The notes: generated by a model from the sequence alone, not told the origin. A stretch of DNA of 64,000 nt from Candidatus Latescibacterota bacterium (GCA_965116885.1 OZ220741.1:3264001-3328000); one strand, 5' to 3'; counted from the stretch's first letter, positions 40,698-50,993 are shown. Numbers and translations are program-made.

Positions 40698-41966
40698 ATG
40701 GACATTTCCACAACTCATCGGGAGCACAAAATGATTATTCGCGATCCCGTTCACGGCGATATGTCCTTTAATGAATCCGAACGCCGGGTTATGGATACGC
40801 GGCAAATGCAACGCCTGCGCGGTGTGCGACAAACGGGATCGGCATATCTGGTTTATCCAGGCTGTGTACACACGCGTTTTGAACACTCGCTGGGAACGAT
40901 GGCGATGTCGCGTCGCGTGCTCGATGTTTTGAGGCAGGGCGGCGCGCAGATTGATCCCGAACAGGCCGATGCAGTCGCACTGGCCGCGCTGGTTCACGAC
41001 ATCTCGCACTTGCCCTTTGGACATACGTTTGAAGATGAACGCAAGCTTTTTCCTCGCCACGATACAGCCGCCCGCATGAAACACTTCTTATCGGAAACAG
41101 AAATCGCGCAAGCACTCGATGCTTCGGGCCTGCGCGATACGGTGGTTTCTCTGCTTACGGATAAATCGTTTTCACCGGCGTGGATGCAGCAGATTGTGTC
41201 CAGTACCATCGATGCCGACTTGCTCGATTATTTGCGTCGCGATGCGTATTTTGCAGGCCTGCGTCAGGATTATGACGACCGTATTTTTAGTACCTTTATG
41301 CTTGCCGATGAAAATCTTGCGATTGATGTGACCCGTCTCAGCACGCGCACCGAGTTGCTGCACTTGTTACGGCTGCGCTATTTCCTCACCGAGCGCGTTT
41401 ATTATCACCACGCCAAGGTATCGTCGGGCGCTATGATTGCCAAAGCCGTCGAGATCGCCACCGAACACGGTCTTGCCGAAACCGATCTTTACACTCTGAC
41501 GGACGATGCCCTTTTTCGCCATTTGCTCAGCTATGAAGACCCGCGTATTGACCGCCTGATCAACGGTGTTTGCGAACGGCGTTTGCTCAAACGCGCCTAT
41601 ATGATTTCGACTGCCGAAGTGGGACGCAGAGGGCGCGATGAATTGATCGCCACCTACAATCGATCTGTCGAGAGTAGGCAGCAGATCGAGCGACAAATCG
41701 CCGATGCTGTGACTATCAACCCCGATCAGGTTATTCTCTATTGTCCAGATATCTCGGCCATCAAAGAAGCGCGCGTGCGCGTTGTTACGCGCAATGGCTT
41801 GAGCCGTCTGAACGATCCGCCAGACAATCCGCCTTTTGATGTAAAGGTTGTAGAAGACCAGTATGAACGGCTCTGGAAATTCTACATTTTTGCACCCGAA
41901 GGTTATAGAGAGCGCGTTGGGCAGGTGTGCGAACGCGTATTTGGCGAATCAAATGCGCTGGTATAA
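40698..41966 (+). CDS. HD-domain phosphohydrolase (SAMHD1/YdhJ-like dNTPase family)
   Basis: IRDPVHG, QRLR..RQ, HTRFEHSLG, HDISH.PFGH, DAD..DYL.RD. Confidence 0.9.
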   Translation: MDISTTHREHKMIIRDPVHGDMSFNESERRVMDTRQMQRLRGVRQTGSAYLVYPGCVHTRFEHSLGTMAMSRRVLDVLRQGGAQIDPEQADAVALAALVHDISHLPFGHTFEDERKLFPRHDTAARMKHFLSETEIAQALDASGLRDTVVSLLTDKSFSPAWMQQIVSSTIDADLLDYLRRDAYFAGLRQDYDDRIFSTFMLADENLAIDVTRLSTRTELLHLLRLRYFLTERVYYHHAKVSSGAMIAKAVEIATEHGLAETDLYTLTDDALFRHLLSYEDPRIDRLINGVCERRLLKRAYMISTAEVGRRGRDELIATYNRSVESRQQIERQIADAVTINPDQVILYCPDISAIKEARVRVVTRNGLSRLNDPPDNPPFDVKVVEDQYERLWKFYIFAPEGYRERVGQVCERVFGESNALV

Positions 41967-41972
41967 AGATCT

Positions 41973-42482
41973 TTATTGGGACTGTTGTGACCGGTGTTTG
42001 ACGCGGTCAAATAACGGCATATCTGCCCGTCCTGCGCCCTCCACCTTCTTGTGACATGAAGGGCATAGGCTGATTAGATTGCTCAGTTGATTGGCCTCTT
42101 TTGGCGAGTCGAAAAGCCGGTACGGTATTTTGTGGTGTACATCCATCTGCCGTCCGAGTGTGTCTTCGGTAATCCCGCAAGAGGCGCAACAAAATCCATC
42201 GCGCGCGCGCGCCTTGTCTGCCTGAATTTTCCAATTTCCCCCGCGATACTCTGGGCGGCCTTCCAGTACGAGTTCAAAATTCTCGTCAGATTCCCAATGG
42301 GTTCTGCATTTGTTGCTGCAGAATTGGGAGCGGATGCCCTTTTCAGCATACCAGCGCGGCTGGGAAAATCGCTTGTCGCATTGCATACACCGCACGGTGA
42401 TATCGTCTTCGCGCCGAACTTTTTGTTCTTCTTCAAACGACAGACGCATCTGCGGCGATGATAAATAATTTTTTTTGTTCAT
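41973..42482 (-). CDS. HNH endonuclease with an N-terminal Zn-ribbon
   Basis: CMQC...FCSNKC, RDGFCCASCG, DVHHKIP..NLISLCPSCH. Confidence 0.85.
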   Translation of the reverse strand: MNKKNYLSSPQMRLSFEEEQKVRREDDITVRCMQCDKRFSQPRWYAEKGIRSQFCSNKCRTHWESDENFELVLEGRPEYRGGNWKIQADKARARDGFCCASCGITEDTLGRQMDVHHKIPYRLFDSPKEANQLSNLISLCPSCHKKVEGAGRADMPLFDRVKHRSQQSQ

Positions 42483-42646
42483 CGTTTTAAAACCTCACAC
42501 ATCAATAGCGCACTCGATTAGTCCAAATATAGGTTGGAATAAATTACAAGTCCATAGAAAGAATAGATTGTGCCCCACGTAGAGATTGGATATTGTATCT
42601 GAATTTATTATAATAATTCGCACTTACTTCTGAACAGGAGAATCCC

Positions 42647-42713
42647 GTGTTTAAGAATCATAGCGATCAAGGTTGCCATGGCCAATCTCGTTGAATCGCT
42701 GCGGTATGAATAG
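42647..42713 (+). pseudogene. Collapsed MacB/FtsX-type ABC permease remnant (first and last codons only)
   Basis: AGGAG RBS, GTG-FKNH, then in the +1 frame AIKVAMANLVESLRYE*, which resembles the MFKNY start and ANPVESLRYE end of these permeases. Confidence 0.6.
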
Positions 42714-42746
42714 AGGCACAGACAAAGAATTAAATGGAGGAAATCA

Positions 42747-43523
42747 ATGGAATCTCTGACCTTGCTTTCGGGCGATGCAATGCCCGTTGTCGGTCTCGGT
42801 ACCTGGCCAATGAGAGGCGATCAATGTAAAGAGGTTGTCAAACAGGCTCTCGAATTGGGCTATACGCATTTCGATACGGCCTGGATCTACCAGAATCAGC
42901 GCGAAATCGGCGAAGCCCTGCGAGAGGTCGGTGCTGACCGTTCGCAACTTTTTATAACCTCCAAAGTCGGCAGAGATTATCTGCAATATGATGTCGCGTT
43001 AAAACAAGCCGACGAGATTCTCGAATATCTCCAGATGGACTATGTGGATTTGCTGCTCGTTCACTGGCCCAACGAAGCTGTGCCTATGGAAGGCACTATT
43101 CGCGCTTTTAACGAGGTTTTCGATGCGGGAAAAGCGAGAAGTATTGGGGTGAGTAACTTTTCGGTCGAACAAATGGAACGCGCCCGTGCGCTCTCTGCAG
43201 CACCTATCAGTGTCAATCAGATCAAATACCATCCGGGCTACGAACAGCGAGATGTTCTGCAATGGTGCCTGGAAAACGATGTGGTGGTGACTGCGTATTC
43301 CCCTCTGGGGAAGAAGGGTGTTCTTCGAGATCCCGTTCTGCTGGACATCGCCCGTATCCACTATAAGACCTCTGCACATGTCGCCCTCAAGTGGCTGTTG
43401 CAAAAGGGTATGATTATTATTCCCAAAGCGAGTTCCAGAGCACATCTCCAGGCGAATCTCGATGTTTTTGACTGGTCCTTATCTGAAAACGAGATGCAGT
43501 CTATTGACCGCATAGCGGGGTAA
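42747..43523 (+). CDS. Aldo/keto reductase
   Basis: GLGTW, FDTA..Y, DLLLVHWP, IGVSNF, YSPLG, IPKAS. Confidence 0.93.
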   Translation: MESLTLLSGDAMPVVGLGTWPMRGDQCKEVVKQALELGYTHFDTAWIYQNQREIGEALREVGADRSQLFITSKVGRDYLQYDVALKQADEILEYLQMDYVDLLLVHWPNEAVPMEGTIRAFNEVFDAGKARSIGVSNFSVEQMERARALSAAPISVNQIKYHPGYEQRDVLQWCLENDVVVTAYSPLGKKGVLRDPVLLDIARIHYKTSAHVALKWLLQKGMIIIPKASSRAHLQANLDVFDWSLSENEMQSIDRIAG

Positions 43524-43528
43524 CCGAA

Positions 43529-45163
43529 ATGGATAAGAAAAACAGGCCTAATGTCGTTCTTGTCATTACGGACGATCAGGGGTACGGAACTGTGGGGGTA
43601 CATGGGAATGACCAGGTCAGGACGCCCAATATGGATCGTTTGGCCAATGGAGGGGTGGCGTTTGACCGTTTCTACGGGCATCCGCTGTGTTCGCCTTCTC
43701 GAGCCGCATTGATGACCGGGCGGTATTTCTATCGAACCGGGATTCTACACACGTCTCGTGGGGGTGCATTGATGTCGGGCGATGAGGTCACTGCCGCCGA
43801 GTTGTTTCGAGATGCCGGGTACCGCACCGGGATTTTTGGGAAGTGGCATCTCGGTGACAATTACCCCATGAGGCCCATGGACCAGGGATTTGAGAAAGCC
43901 GTGTGGCACAAAGGCGGAGGGATCGGGCAGACCCCCGTAAGGCCAAACAGCTACTTTGACTCACTTCTGTGGCGAGAGGGGGAAGAGTTCCAGGCGAAAG
44001 GGTACTGTACGGATGTCTTCTTTGACGCGGCCCTCGCGTTCATCGAGGAGCATCAAAGCGCGCCCTTTTTCATCTACATTCCGACGAACGCGCCGCACGA
44101 TCCTCTCGAGATCAGTGACGAATATGCGGATCCCTATCGCGAGATGGGTCTGGATGACAGCGTCGCACGAATCTATGGAATGGTCGAGAATATCGACGAC
44201 AATATTGGGCGGCTCATGGAACTGCTGGAACGTCTCGGGCTGGATGAGGATACAATCATCATCTTTACGTCCGACCACGGTCCCGCGGGCGGGAGGTACA
44301 ATGCCGGACTCAGATCGACAAAAGGAGACGTGTACGAAGGCGGAATTCGCGTTCCGTATTTCATGAGGTGGCCGAAAGGGTTGCCGGCTGGTTTAAAAAC
44401 CGACAAGATTGCCTCACACATCGATGTTCTGCCCACTTTGTTGTCGCTTTGTAACGTGGATTCTCCCTCTGATCTCGGGATGGATGGCGTGGATCTGACG
44501 CCTCTGATTCGAGGTCAGGAAGTGGCATGGCTTGATCGCACCCTTTTCATTCAGACACACCGGGGGAGCCGTCCGAGACAGTACCACAACTGTACGGCGA
44601 TAACCCAGCGCTACAAGTGGTTGGGTTATCCCGGTACTGGTGGACAGTGGGATTTTGAGGCTTCTTCGACAGACCCTGTGATGGAGCTGTACGATCTCGA
44701 AGACGACCCTGGCGAAGAGAAAGAGATAGGTGGCCTGATGCCCGATCTTGTAGCGCGGATGAAGAAAGACTACGACGCCTGGTTCGACGATGTGGCTTCG
44801 GATTGGCAGGCGGGGGTTATTCACATTGGGAATTCGGCTGAGAATCCTCTCACGCTGTGTCGCTATCAGGATTCAGAATACATATCCGAACTCCCACACG
44901 GCTGGCGTGTGAAGATCGAACAGGGCGGAACCTATGAGCTTCGAATCAACCGCGAGTCGCTAAATGGCGCAGGTGCCCTTGGGGTTCAGTGGCAGGGGAA
45001 TACTCAGAGAAGCCCACTGGCTGCGGGAGAGAATACAGGACGGTTCGAGCTTGAAGCGGGGGACGGCAAGCTGGAGATTTGGTTCGAGCTTGAAGACATA
45101 GGTCGCGTGGCGTTTTCAAGCAATTTGACGATTGGGGATGTGGAGGTGGCTTACCTGGGGTAG
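43529..45163 (+). CDS. Arylsulfatase (formylglycine-dependent)
   Basis: RPNVVLVITDDQG, CSPSR, GKWHLG, SDHG, YEGGIRVP. Confidence 0.93.
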   Translation: MDKKNRPNVVLVITDDQGYGTVGVHGNDQVRTPNMDRLANGGVAFDRFYGHPLCSPSRAALMTGRYFYRTGILHTSRGGALMSGDEVTAAELFRDAGYRTGIFGKWHLGDNYPMRPMDQGFEKAVWHKGGGIGQTPVRPNSYFDSLLWREGEEFQAKGYCTDVFFDAALAFIEEHQSAPFFIYIPTNAPHDPLEISDEYADPYREMGLDDSVARIYGMVENIDDNIGRLMELLERLGLDEDTIIIFTSDHGPAGGRYNAGLRSTKGDVYEGGIRVPYFMRWPKGLPAGLKTDKIASHIDVLPTLLSLCNVDSPSDLGMDGVDLTPLIRGQEVAWLDRTLFIQTHRGSRPRQYHNCTAITQRYKWLGYPGTGGQWDFEASSTDPVMELYDLEDDPGEEKEIGGLMPDLVARMKKDYDAWFDDVASDWQAGVIHIGNSAENPLTLCRYQDSEYISELPHGWRVKIEQGGTYELRINRESLNGAGALGVQWQGNTQRSPLAAGENTGRFELEAGDGKLEIWFELEDIGRVAFSSNLTIGDVEVAYLG

Positions 45164-45192
45164 GGACAAAATAGTGTGGAAGGATATAATTC

Positions 45193-45909
45193 ATGGATGA
45201 ATTTGTCAAAGATATAGCTGGACAGACGGTGATTATCACGGGGTCGAATCGCGGCATTGGACTTGGCTGGGTAAAGCATTATCTGAATGCAGGTGATTCA
45301 GTCATTGCCACTTGTCGGACGCCAGAAGAAGCGACGGACCTGATTGCCCTGAAGGAAGAATATGGCAACAAGCTTTTGATCGTGCAGTTGGAGTTGGCAA
45401 ACGAAGAGGATTTCAAACGGTTGGGTGATGCACTGGCTGAGCACAATGTGTGTATTGATATTGCGATCAATAATGCTGGCTCAGGTAGTGGAAAACCATT
45501 TGGCGAGTGGGACTCGGAGAGTTTTGCGATTACTTTTCAGGTGCATACCATTGGTTCTGCTTTGTTTGTGCAAATGGTTACGCCACTGCTGAACGACGGG
45601 GCAAAGATGGTGCTGACCACATCTGGTGTGGGCAGTATTACGCGCGCCAATCGCCAAAACGAAATGGATGCTTACGCCATTGCCAAAGCAGGTGTTAATA
45701 TGCTTGCCAAACGAATGTCGGTTCGGCTGGCTGACCGCAATATTATAGTGGCTGCCTTAACTCCCGGATCTGTGCTTACCGGTATGAACCCAAATGGCAC
45801 GATTTCCGTGGAGGAGTCCGTTGAGCTGATGTCCAGCACGCTGGACAAGCTGACCGTGGAGGACAGTGGAAGCTTCTTTCAGAATGATGGCACGGTGGTG
45901 CCCTGGTAG
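45193..45909 (+). CDS. SDR oxidoreductase (CsgA/C-factor-like)
   Basis: TGSNRGIG, NNAG, YAIAK, terminal DG..VPW. Confidence 0.88.
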   Translation: MDEFVKDIAGQTVIITGSNRGIGLGWVKHYLNAGDSVIATCRTPEEATDLIALKEEYGNKLLIVQLELANEEDFKRLGDALAEHNVCIDIAINNAGSGSGKPFGEWDSESFAITFQVHTIGSALFVQMVTPLLNDGAKMVLTTSGVGSITRANRQNEMDAYAIAKAGVNMLAKRMSVRLADRNIIVAALTPGSVLTGMNPNGTISVEESVELMSSTLDKLTVEDSGSFFQNDGTVVPW

Positions 45910-45935
45910 CTGTGTTGAAGGGAATCTGCATCGAA

Positions 45936-47048
45936 TCACGGTGAAATTCGCAACTTGCCAAAATGAATATGAGTACGCGCCGTATCTGGTGTGCCGCTGT
46001 CCCACACGCAGCGGAAGTCACCCGGTGCAGTTTCAATAAGTGTGGGATAAGAGTTCTTAATCCCGGCATCGTAGAAGGTTTTCTCTTCGCTCCAGGTGTC
46101 TCCGGGATTTTTTGTTTTGTACCGCAGAGAGGTCCGACCTCCGTTGGGAAATCCCGGTGCTTTTACTCTTTGGGGAGGCCCATCGCTGTACACATAGATG
46201 TGCGTGCCATTGGAGGACCGTCCAAAGAAAGCCTTTGACTTGGCGTTGTGCAGGTCGGGTTCGGGTTTGGCGATACTCCAGGTACGGCCACCGTCGCGGC
46301 TCACGCTCGAATAGGCTCTGGGAGGATCCGTCGTGCGATCGGTTTCGTCATAATCGGCAGTTCGCATGACAATCCATAGTTCCTCTGATGTTTCTCCCTG
46401 TGCGATATTTCCCTCATGCAGGAAAACACGCGCATTGGTGGGTTGGGGAATATATGCTTCGAGCTTCCACTCCAGCAGGCTGGTACTGCTGAGAACGAAG
46501 TGGTCACGAGAACCGCGTGGGTCTTCTTGCAGCGTGTTGCGGTGGGCTGGCAGCAGAAATTTGTGTCCCGAGTTGGTCTCCGTGGTCACGATGATTGAGC
46601 ATGTAATTAGCGGTCCCGCATAGTGCATCGCCATTTCCACCTGTGTCCAGGAATAACCGCCATCTGCGGTGAATGCGCCGACCAGTTGAGATTCTTCGCT
46701 GTTCTTCTGAGCTATCGGGCAGCGCATTGCAAAGCACCAGATGACGTCCTGTCCGGGGGCGCGGTAAAGGACTGGATTCGCGTAGGCAAATTGCACCATA
46801 CCCTGATGCTGGCGATGATCGAAGATCATCACGGGTTCCTCCCAGGTATCCCCATCGTCGGTTGAAAGCGTCGCGAGAATGTCTCCCATGTCTTTCTTGC
46901 CGTTGACCATCGCCCCGAAGGCCACAATGAGATGTCTCTTCTTCTGCCCTGGAATAATGACCGGTTGCCACACGCGCCAGGCCTGCGGATGCTGCTCAAC
47001 TCTGCGAACTACGCGAAGGTCCGTAATATCTCCTCGATAATTCAGCAT
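45936..47048 (-). CDS. Sialidase/BNR-repeat family protein
   Basis: STDDGDTW, TADGGYSW, SRDGGRTW Asp-boxes; SYPTL. Confidence 0.82.
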   Translation of the reverse strand: MLNYRGDITDLRVVRRVEQHPQAWRVWQPVIIPGQKKRHLIVAFGAMVNGKKDMGDILATLSTDDGDTWEEPVMIFDHRQHQGMVQFAYANPVLYRAPGQDVIWCFAMRCPIAQKNSEESQLVGAFTADGGYSWTQVEMAMHYAGPLITCSIIVTTETNSGHKFLLPAHRNTLQEDPRGSRDHFVLSSTSLLEWKLEAYIPQPTNARVFLHEGNIAQGETSEELWIVMRTADYDETDRTTDPPRAYSSVSRDGGRTWSIAKPEPDLHNAKSKAFFGRSSNGTHIYVYSDGPPQRVKAPGFPNGGRTSLRYKTKNPGDTWSEEKTFYDAGIKNSYPTLIETAPGDFRCVWDSGTPDTARTHIHFGKLRISP

Positions 47049-47101
47049 TATCTATCTCCTCGATTTGCGTTCAAAATTTGCGCGAGAGAAGGCATCCCTC
47101 C

Positions 47102-47151
47102 TTGACATAGTAAGATAAATAGTATAGATTTCTGACATTAGTGTCAAGAAA
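47102..47151 (+). promoter_or_regulatory. Promoter plus inverted-repeat operator of the DUF6088 gene
   Basis: TTGACA-N17-TAGATT, followed by tttctgaca-ttag-tgtcaagaaa. Confidence 0.6.
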
Positions 47152-47177
47152 CGTTTGAACGCGAGGAATGTAGCCCA

Positions 47178-47822
47178 ATGACTGGAATCGCCGACAGGAT
47201 CATGCAGAGGGTGTCCGTCCACGATAGCGGAAGATGGGTGTGTACGCCGAAGGACTTCTTGGACCTCGGCAGCCGCGAGGCCGTTGACCAGGCCCTGTCG
47301 CGTCTCGTCAAGGCGGGACGGCTGCGCCGGGTGGGCCGCGGCTTGTACGACATGCCGAGGATCAGCGATGTGCTGAATCGACCCGCGCCCGTTGATCTGG
47401 GGGCGGCTATCGCAGCGCTGGCACGGCGGGATGGCGTACGGATCATGCCGGATGGATTGGTGGCCGCGAATCAGTTGGGTCTCACCAACGCCGTGCCCGC
47501 GAAGGCCAGCTATGTGACGGATGGACATTCCAGGACCCTCAAGATCGACGGAAGAACCGTCCGGTTCCGGCATGCAGCTCCAAGCGTCATGCGGTGGGCG
47601 GGAAGACCTGCCGCGCCAGTGATTCAGGCGTTGCGGTGGCTGGGCCCCCGCGTAGCTGCGGACGTAGAGATCGTCTCGACGCTGAGTCGCCACCTTCCCG
47701 ACGATGTGAAGCTCGATCTGTTGCACAACAGCCGCGATCTTCCCGGCTGGGCATTGCCGCTGGCGCGCAGCATCGCGAGCGACCTGATCGACGAAAGCGG
47801 ATTTATAAGGAGGACAATATGA
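47178..47822 (+). CDS. DUF6088 family (AbiEi-like type IV antitoxin) protein, orphan
   Basis: TPKDFLDLGSREAVDQALSRL..GRLRRVGRGLY, AANQLGLTNAVP, YVTDG.SR. Confidence 0.85.
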   Translation: MTGIADRIMQRVSVHDSGRWVCTPKDFLDLGSREAVDQALSRLVKAGRLRRVGRGLYDMPRISDVLNRPAPVDLGAAIAALARRDGVRIMPDGLVAANQLGLTNAVPAKASYVTDGHSRTLKIDGRTVRFRHAAPSVMRWAGRPAAPVIQALRWLGPRVAADVEIVSTLSRHLPDDVKLDLLHNSRDLPGWALPLARSIASDLIDESGFIRRTI

Positions 47823-48838
47823 CACCCATCAGACTTGGTGTTGTTGGTCTTGGTCTTGGTCAATGGATAGTAGAAACTGCGAAGAGAATCGAGGGTGCCC
47901 ACGTTGTGGCAGTTGCTGAGAATATGCCCGCTCGATTGGATGGTATGGGGGGGTATAGAGCCTATGAGAAGGAAAATGCTCTCAGGCTTTACGAAGATGC
48001 AGACCAGATGATGGATAGCGAATCGTTGGATGCGATTGCACTTGCGGTGACGCCCAAACATCGCAGGGCGCTGATCGAATCGGCTGGCACCAGGGGCATC
48101 CCAATGCTGATCGAGAAGCCCTGGGCAGGGACTGTGAAAAGTGGAAAAGATCTGGTTGACTTGTGCAACAGTTTTGATTTGCCCTGTCAGGTCGAATTTC
48201 CGATCCGTTGTATGCCTGCAATGGTGCGGTTGCGAGAACTCCTGAAAGGCGGTCTCGGAAAAGGGTGGATGGCGAATGGCAATCTGATGATGGGTTGGTG
48301 TCCTCCGCCAGAATCAACAAAACACTGGGATCCGGAAAACCACAATGGGCTTATCAACGAGTGCTATGTACATCTTTTCGACACGCTGGCATTTTTACTG
48401 GGCAAGCCCAAATCCGTATTCTCATTTGGGGGATCTTTCAGAGGTAGCCCAATGCCGGATGCGGCCGCAGCAGTCATTGAGTTTGAATCTGGGGCCTCTG
48501 CTTCGCTGACTTGTGGTGGCATTGGTGCTGCTTGTGCTGATGGTGGACATCTTCTGGATATTTGGACAGAGAACGGACTGGCACGCATAACTGGCACGCA
48601 ATGGCTACCCGATACGCTGGAATGGGCCCTGAGGGAGGCCAAAGAATCTACAGTCGAGACGTTTCATGCGCCTGAGCGAACGACCCTGATGGAGTACAAT
48701 ATGCGTGCATTTTTCAACGCGGTCCGAAGCGGTGCCCCCGTAGCTGCAACACCGGAAGATGGACTGATTGCAACAGCCATCGCGATGGCCATTGAGGAAT
48801 CTATTGTTACGGGGAATCGCGTTGCGGTGGACTATTAG
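47819..48838 (+). CDS. Gfo/Idh/MocA family oxidoreductase
   Basis: GVVGLGLG and EKP motifs; AGGAGG RBS lies within the DUF6088 3' end. Confidence 0.85.
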   Translation: MTPIRLGVVGLGLGQWIVETAKRIEGAHVVAVAENMPARLDGMGGYRAYEKENALRLYEDADQMMDSESLDAIALAVTPKHRRALIESAGTRGIPMLIEKPWAGTVKSGKDLVDLCNSFDLPCQVEFPIRCMPAMVRLRELLKGGLGKGWMANGNLMMGWCPPPESTKHWDPENHNGLINECYVHLFDTLAFLLGKPKSVFSFGGSFRGSPMPDAAAAVIEFESGASASLTCGGIGAACADGGHLLDIWTENGLARITGTQWLPDTLEWALREAKESTVETFHAPERTTLMEYNMRAFFNAVRSGAPVAATPEDGLIATAIAMAIEESIVTGNRVAVDY

Positions 48839-48873
48839 GCAACTTGATCCTGTTCCGATCCCCAGTTTTACAG

Positions 48874-50019
48874 TGTTGGCAAAGCGGTCATCCGCAAGTA
48901 CGACAAAAGCACTTGACAACGACTGCCGAAAACGCCTTCTTACCAGCCATCTATGCGCAAGAAATGTCCCTTGTAGTTCCTACCTGTAGAGGAGATTAGA
49001 AGATGGACAACGCGATGCGTGAAACGTTCGCACGACAAGGCTATGTCGTCGTGCCCGATGTGCTCAATCAACAGCAGCTGGACGAGCTCAATCAAGTCTA
49101 TGATCAGCATATCCACGAGCGGGAGGAGACGCAGTCCACGGACGGCACCGACGCACAGAAGCGCAAAAGTATCCGGGGGCGCGGCACACGCCAGACAACG
49201 GATCGGCACGGCAACACCTACGTAGGGAGAAGGCTCTGGAGCAAGGCCTACCGGGATCTGATTGACAACGAGACCATGCTGCCCATCCTTGAAGAGCTTC
49301 TCGGCGACCCAGCGTGGGGCCATGCCCCAGCACATATGCCGGAAGATCTTCGCCCCTTGTTTCGGCTGGATCACGACAATATACATTACAAGCCCGGCCG
49401 GAAACCGACAGACGGCGCGGACATAGGCGGGACGCTCCACGGCGGCCCGGGTGCCTTTCATATCACGTGTGTGTATGAGCTCAAGACAGTCGGACCAGGT
49501 GACGGGGGCTTTGGGTGTGTTGTTGGCACACACAAGCCGGCCAATGAACAGAAGCTGATGGATATTGATGGCGACTGGCGGCGGAACTGGTGTGATACGG
49601 AGTGGACGTCGCAGCTGCCGAACTGGGATGACGATGTGCCGGTGCACCGCGTCGAGGCGAAGGCTGGGGACTGCATTTTGTTCACTGAGAAGCTCAAGCA
49701 CGGTACGATTCCGTGGGCAGGGAGTGGGGAGCGCCGCACCCTCTTCTACAAGTATGTTCCTTTCGGCATGCACCACGGCGATGTCGCGTACGACACCAAC
49801 GACCTCGAACTCACTGAGCGGCAGAAGCGAATCCTGGAGTTCTCGCCGTGCTGGTTTAACGATCCCCGTGAGGACAAAGACTACTCTGCGAACCCTGCGC
49901 TTACAAAGCTCCATCCGCTGGCGCGTGTGGAGAGCGACCCGAGTGAGTTGCTGCCGGGCATGTCGCCGCCGCACATCCGGCTGACGGACGAGACCAGGGC
50001 AATGCTGAGTGCCAACTGA
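48874..50019 (+). repeat. Direct duplication unit 1 (leader plus PhyH gene)
   Basis: Colinear with 51008-52156 at an offset of 2134 bp. Confidence 0.92.
49003..50019 (+). CDS. PhyH-family Fe/2OG enzyme, HxG variant (copy 1)
   Basis: FARQGYVV, TLHGG, GTHK, AGDCILFTEKLKHGT, ERRTLFYKY. Confidence 0.88.
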   Translation: MDNAMRETFARQGYVVVPDVLNQQQLDELNQVYDQHIHEREETQSTDGTDAQKRKSIRGRGTRQTTDRHGNTYVGRRLWSKAYRDLIDNETMLPILEELLGDPAWGHAPAHMPEDLRPLFRLDHDNIHYKPGRKPTDGADIGGTLHGGPGAFHITCVYELKTVGPGDGGFGCVVGTHKPANEQKLMDIDGDWRRNWCDTEWTSQLPNWDDDVPVHRVEAKAGDCILFTEKLKHGTIPWAGSGERRTLFYKYVPFGMHHGDVAYDTNDLELTERQKRILEFSPCWFNDPREDKDYSANPALTKLHPLARVESDPSELLPGMSPPHIRLTDETRAMLSAN

Positions 50020-50044
50020 AGATTCGAAACATAAATTTGTTTCA

Positions 50045-50082
50045 AAACCGTGGGTATTCAATTTGAATGCCTGCGGTTTTTT
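50045..50082 (+). terminator. Intrinsic terminator after PhyH copy 1
   Basis: aaaaccgtgggtattca-att-tgaatgcctgcggtttttt. Confidence 0.7.
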
Positions 50083-50102
50083 GGTTTAAAGGAGTCTGTA
50101 AA

Positions 50103-50993
50103 ATGAATAAGATGCACGAGTCAAATCATACGAAATGGAATGCAGCTGCACCACGGTGGAAGGCACGCAGAGACTCAAAAGGCCCTTGGCATCGCGGTCA
50201 TCTGGTACCAGATCGGGTTGAAAAAGCACTCGAATATTGGAGGGAGAATGCATTGACTGAGCAGGGAGTTGAGCATATCGCTCAACATCTTGGATCCCTG
50301 GAGGGAAAAAACGCGGTTGTCTTGGGCAGTGGAGACAATTTCGCCGCCTTCGCCCTGGCATCAATGGGGGCAACAGTCACGTCAGTCGATATTTCCGAGC
50401 GACAATTGGAAATCGCCGCCGAAAGGGCAAAGGACCTTGGCCTTGAAATCACCTTCCACCAGGGCGACATTTCGGACCTCCCGACGTTGCCCGACGGAGG
50501 ATATCACTTCGCGTGTAGCGTAGGCGTTGTGGCCATCTGGATTTCAGATCTCTGGAAATACTACGCAGAGGCAAGTCGGTTGCTGACCCCAGGTGGCCTG
50601 TTTGTGGTAGGCGAGGTTCATCCAGTGCGGCAAATGTGGAGCAACTGTGAATACTTTACAGGTGAAGATGCGATGGTTGGCAAAGAGGGGGGTAACACTC
50701 CCGAAGCAGACTTCTTTTACTTTGATCGTGGGCCTCACCAATATTTGTATAACCCGGAGACAGGAGCGGCGACAGAATTTGTGGATCCTGAAGACGAAGA
50801 GACCAGGGATGCCGAGAATGTTCAGTACATTTTTCAGTGGACTGTTTCTGACTACCTGATGGCGATGATTGATGCTGGATTTGAGATCCTTCACGTTTGG
50901 GAAGAGCCGACCCAAAATCATGATCAATGGCGTCAGAATTGTTTTCACGCTCTGCCCAGCGGATTCTATATGGTCTGTAAGAAGAAGCAATAG
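50103..50993 (+). CDS. Class I SAM-dependent methyltransferase
   Basis: VLGSGD, VDISERQL, GDISDL, LTPGG.F...EVHP. Confidence 0.88.
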   Translation: MNKMHESNHTKWNAAAPRWKARRDSKGPWHRGHLVPDRVEKALEYWRENALTEQGVEHIAQHLGSLEGKNAVVLGSGDNFAAFALASMGATVTSVDISERQLEIAAERAKDLGLEITFHQGDISDLPTLPDGGYHFACSVGVVAIWISDLWKYYAEASRLLTPGGLFVVGEVHPVRQMWSNCEYFTGEDAMVGKEGGNTPEADFFYFDRGPHQYLYNPETGAATEFVDPEDEETRDAENVQYIFQWTVSDYLMAMIDAGFEILHVWEEPTQNHDQWRQNCFHALPSGFYMVCKKKQ

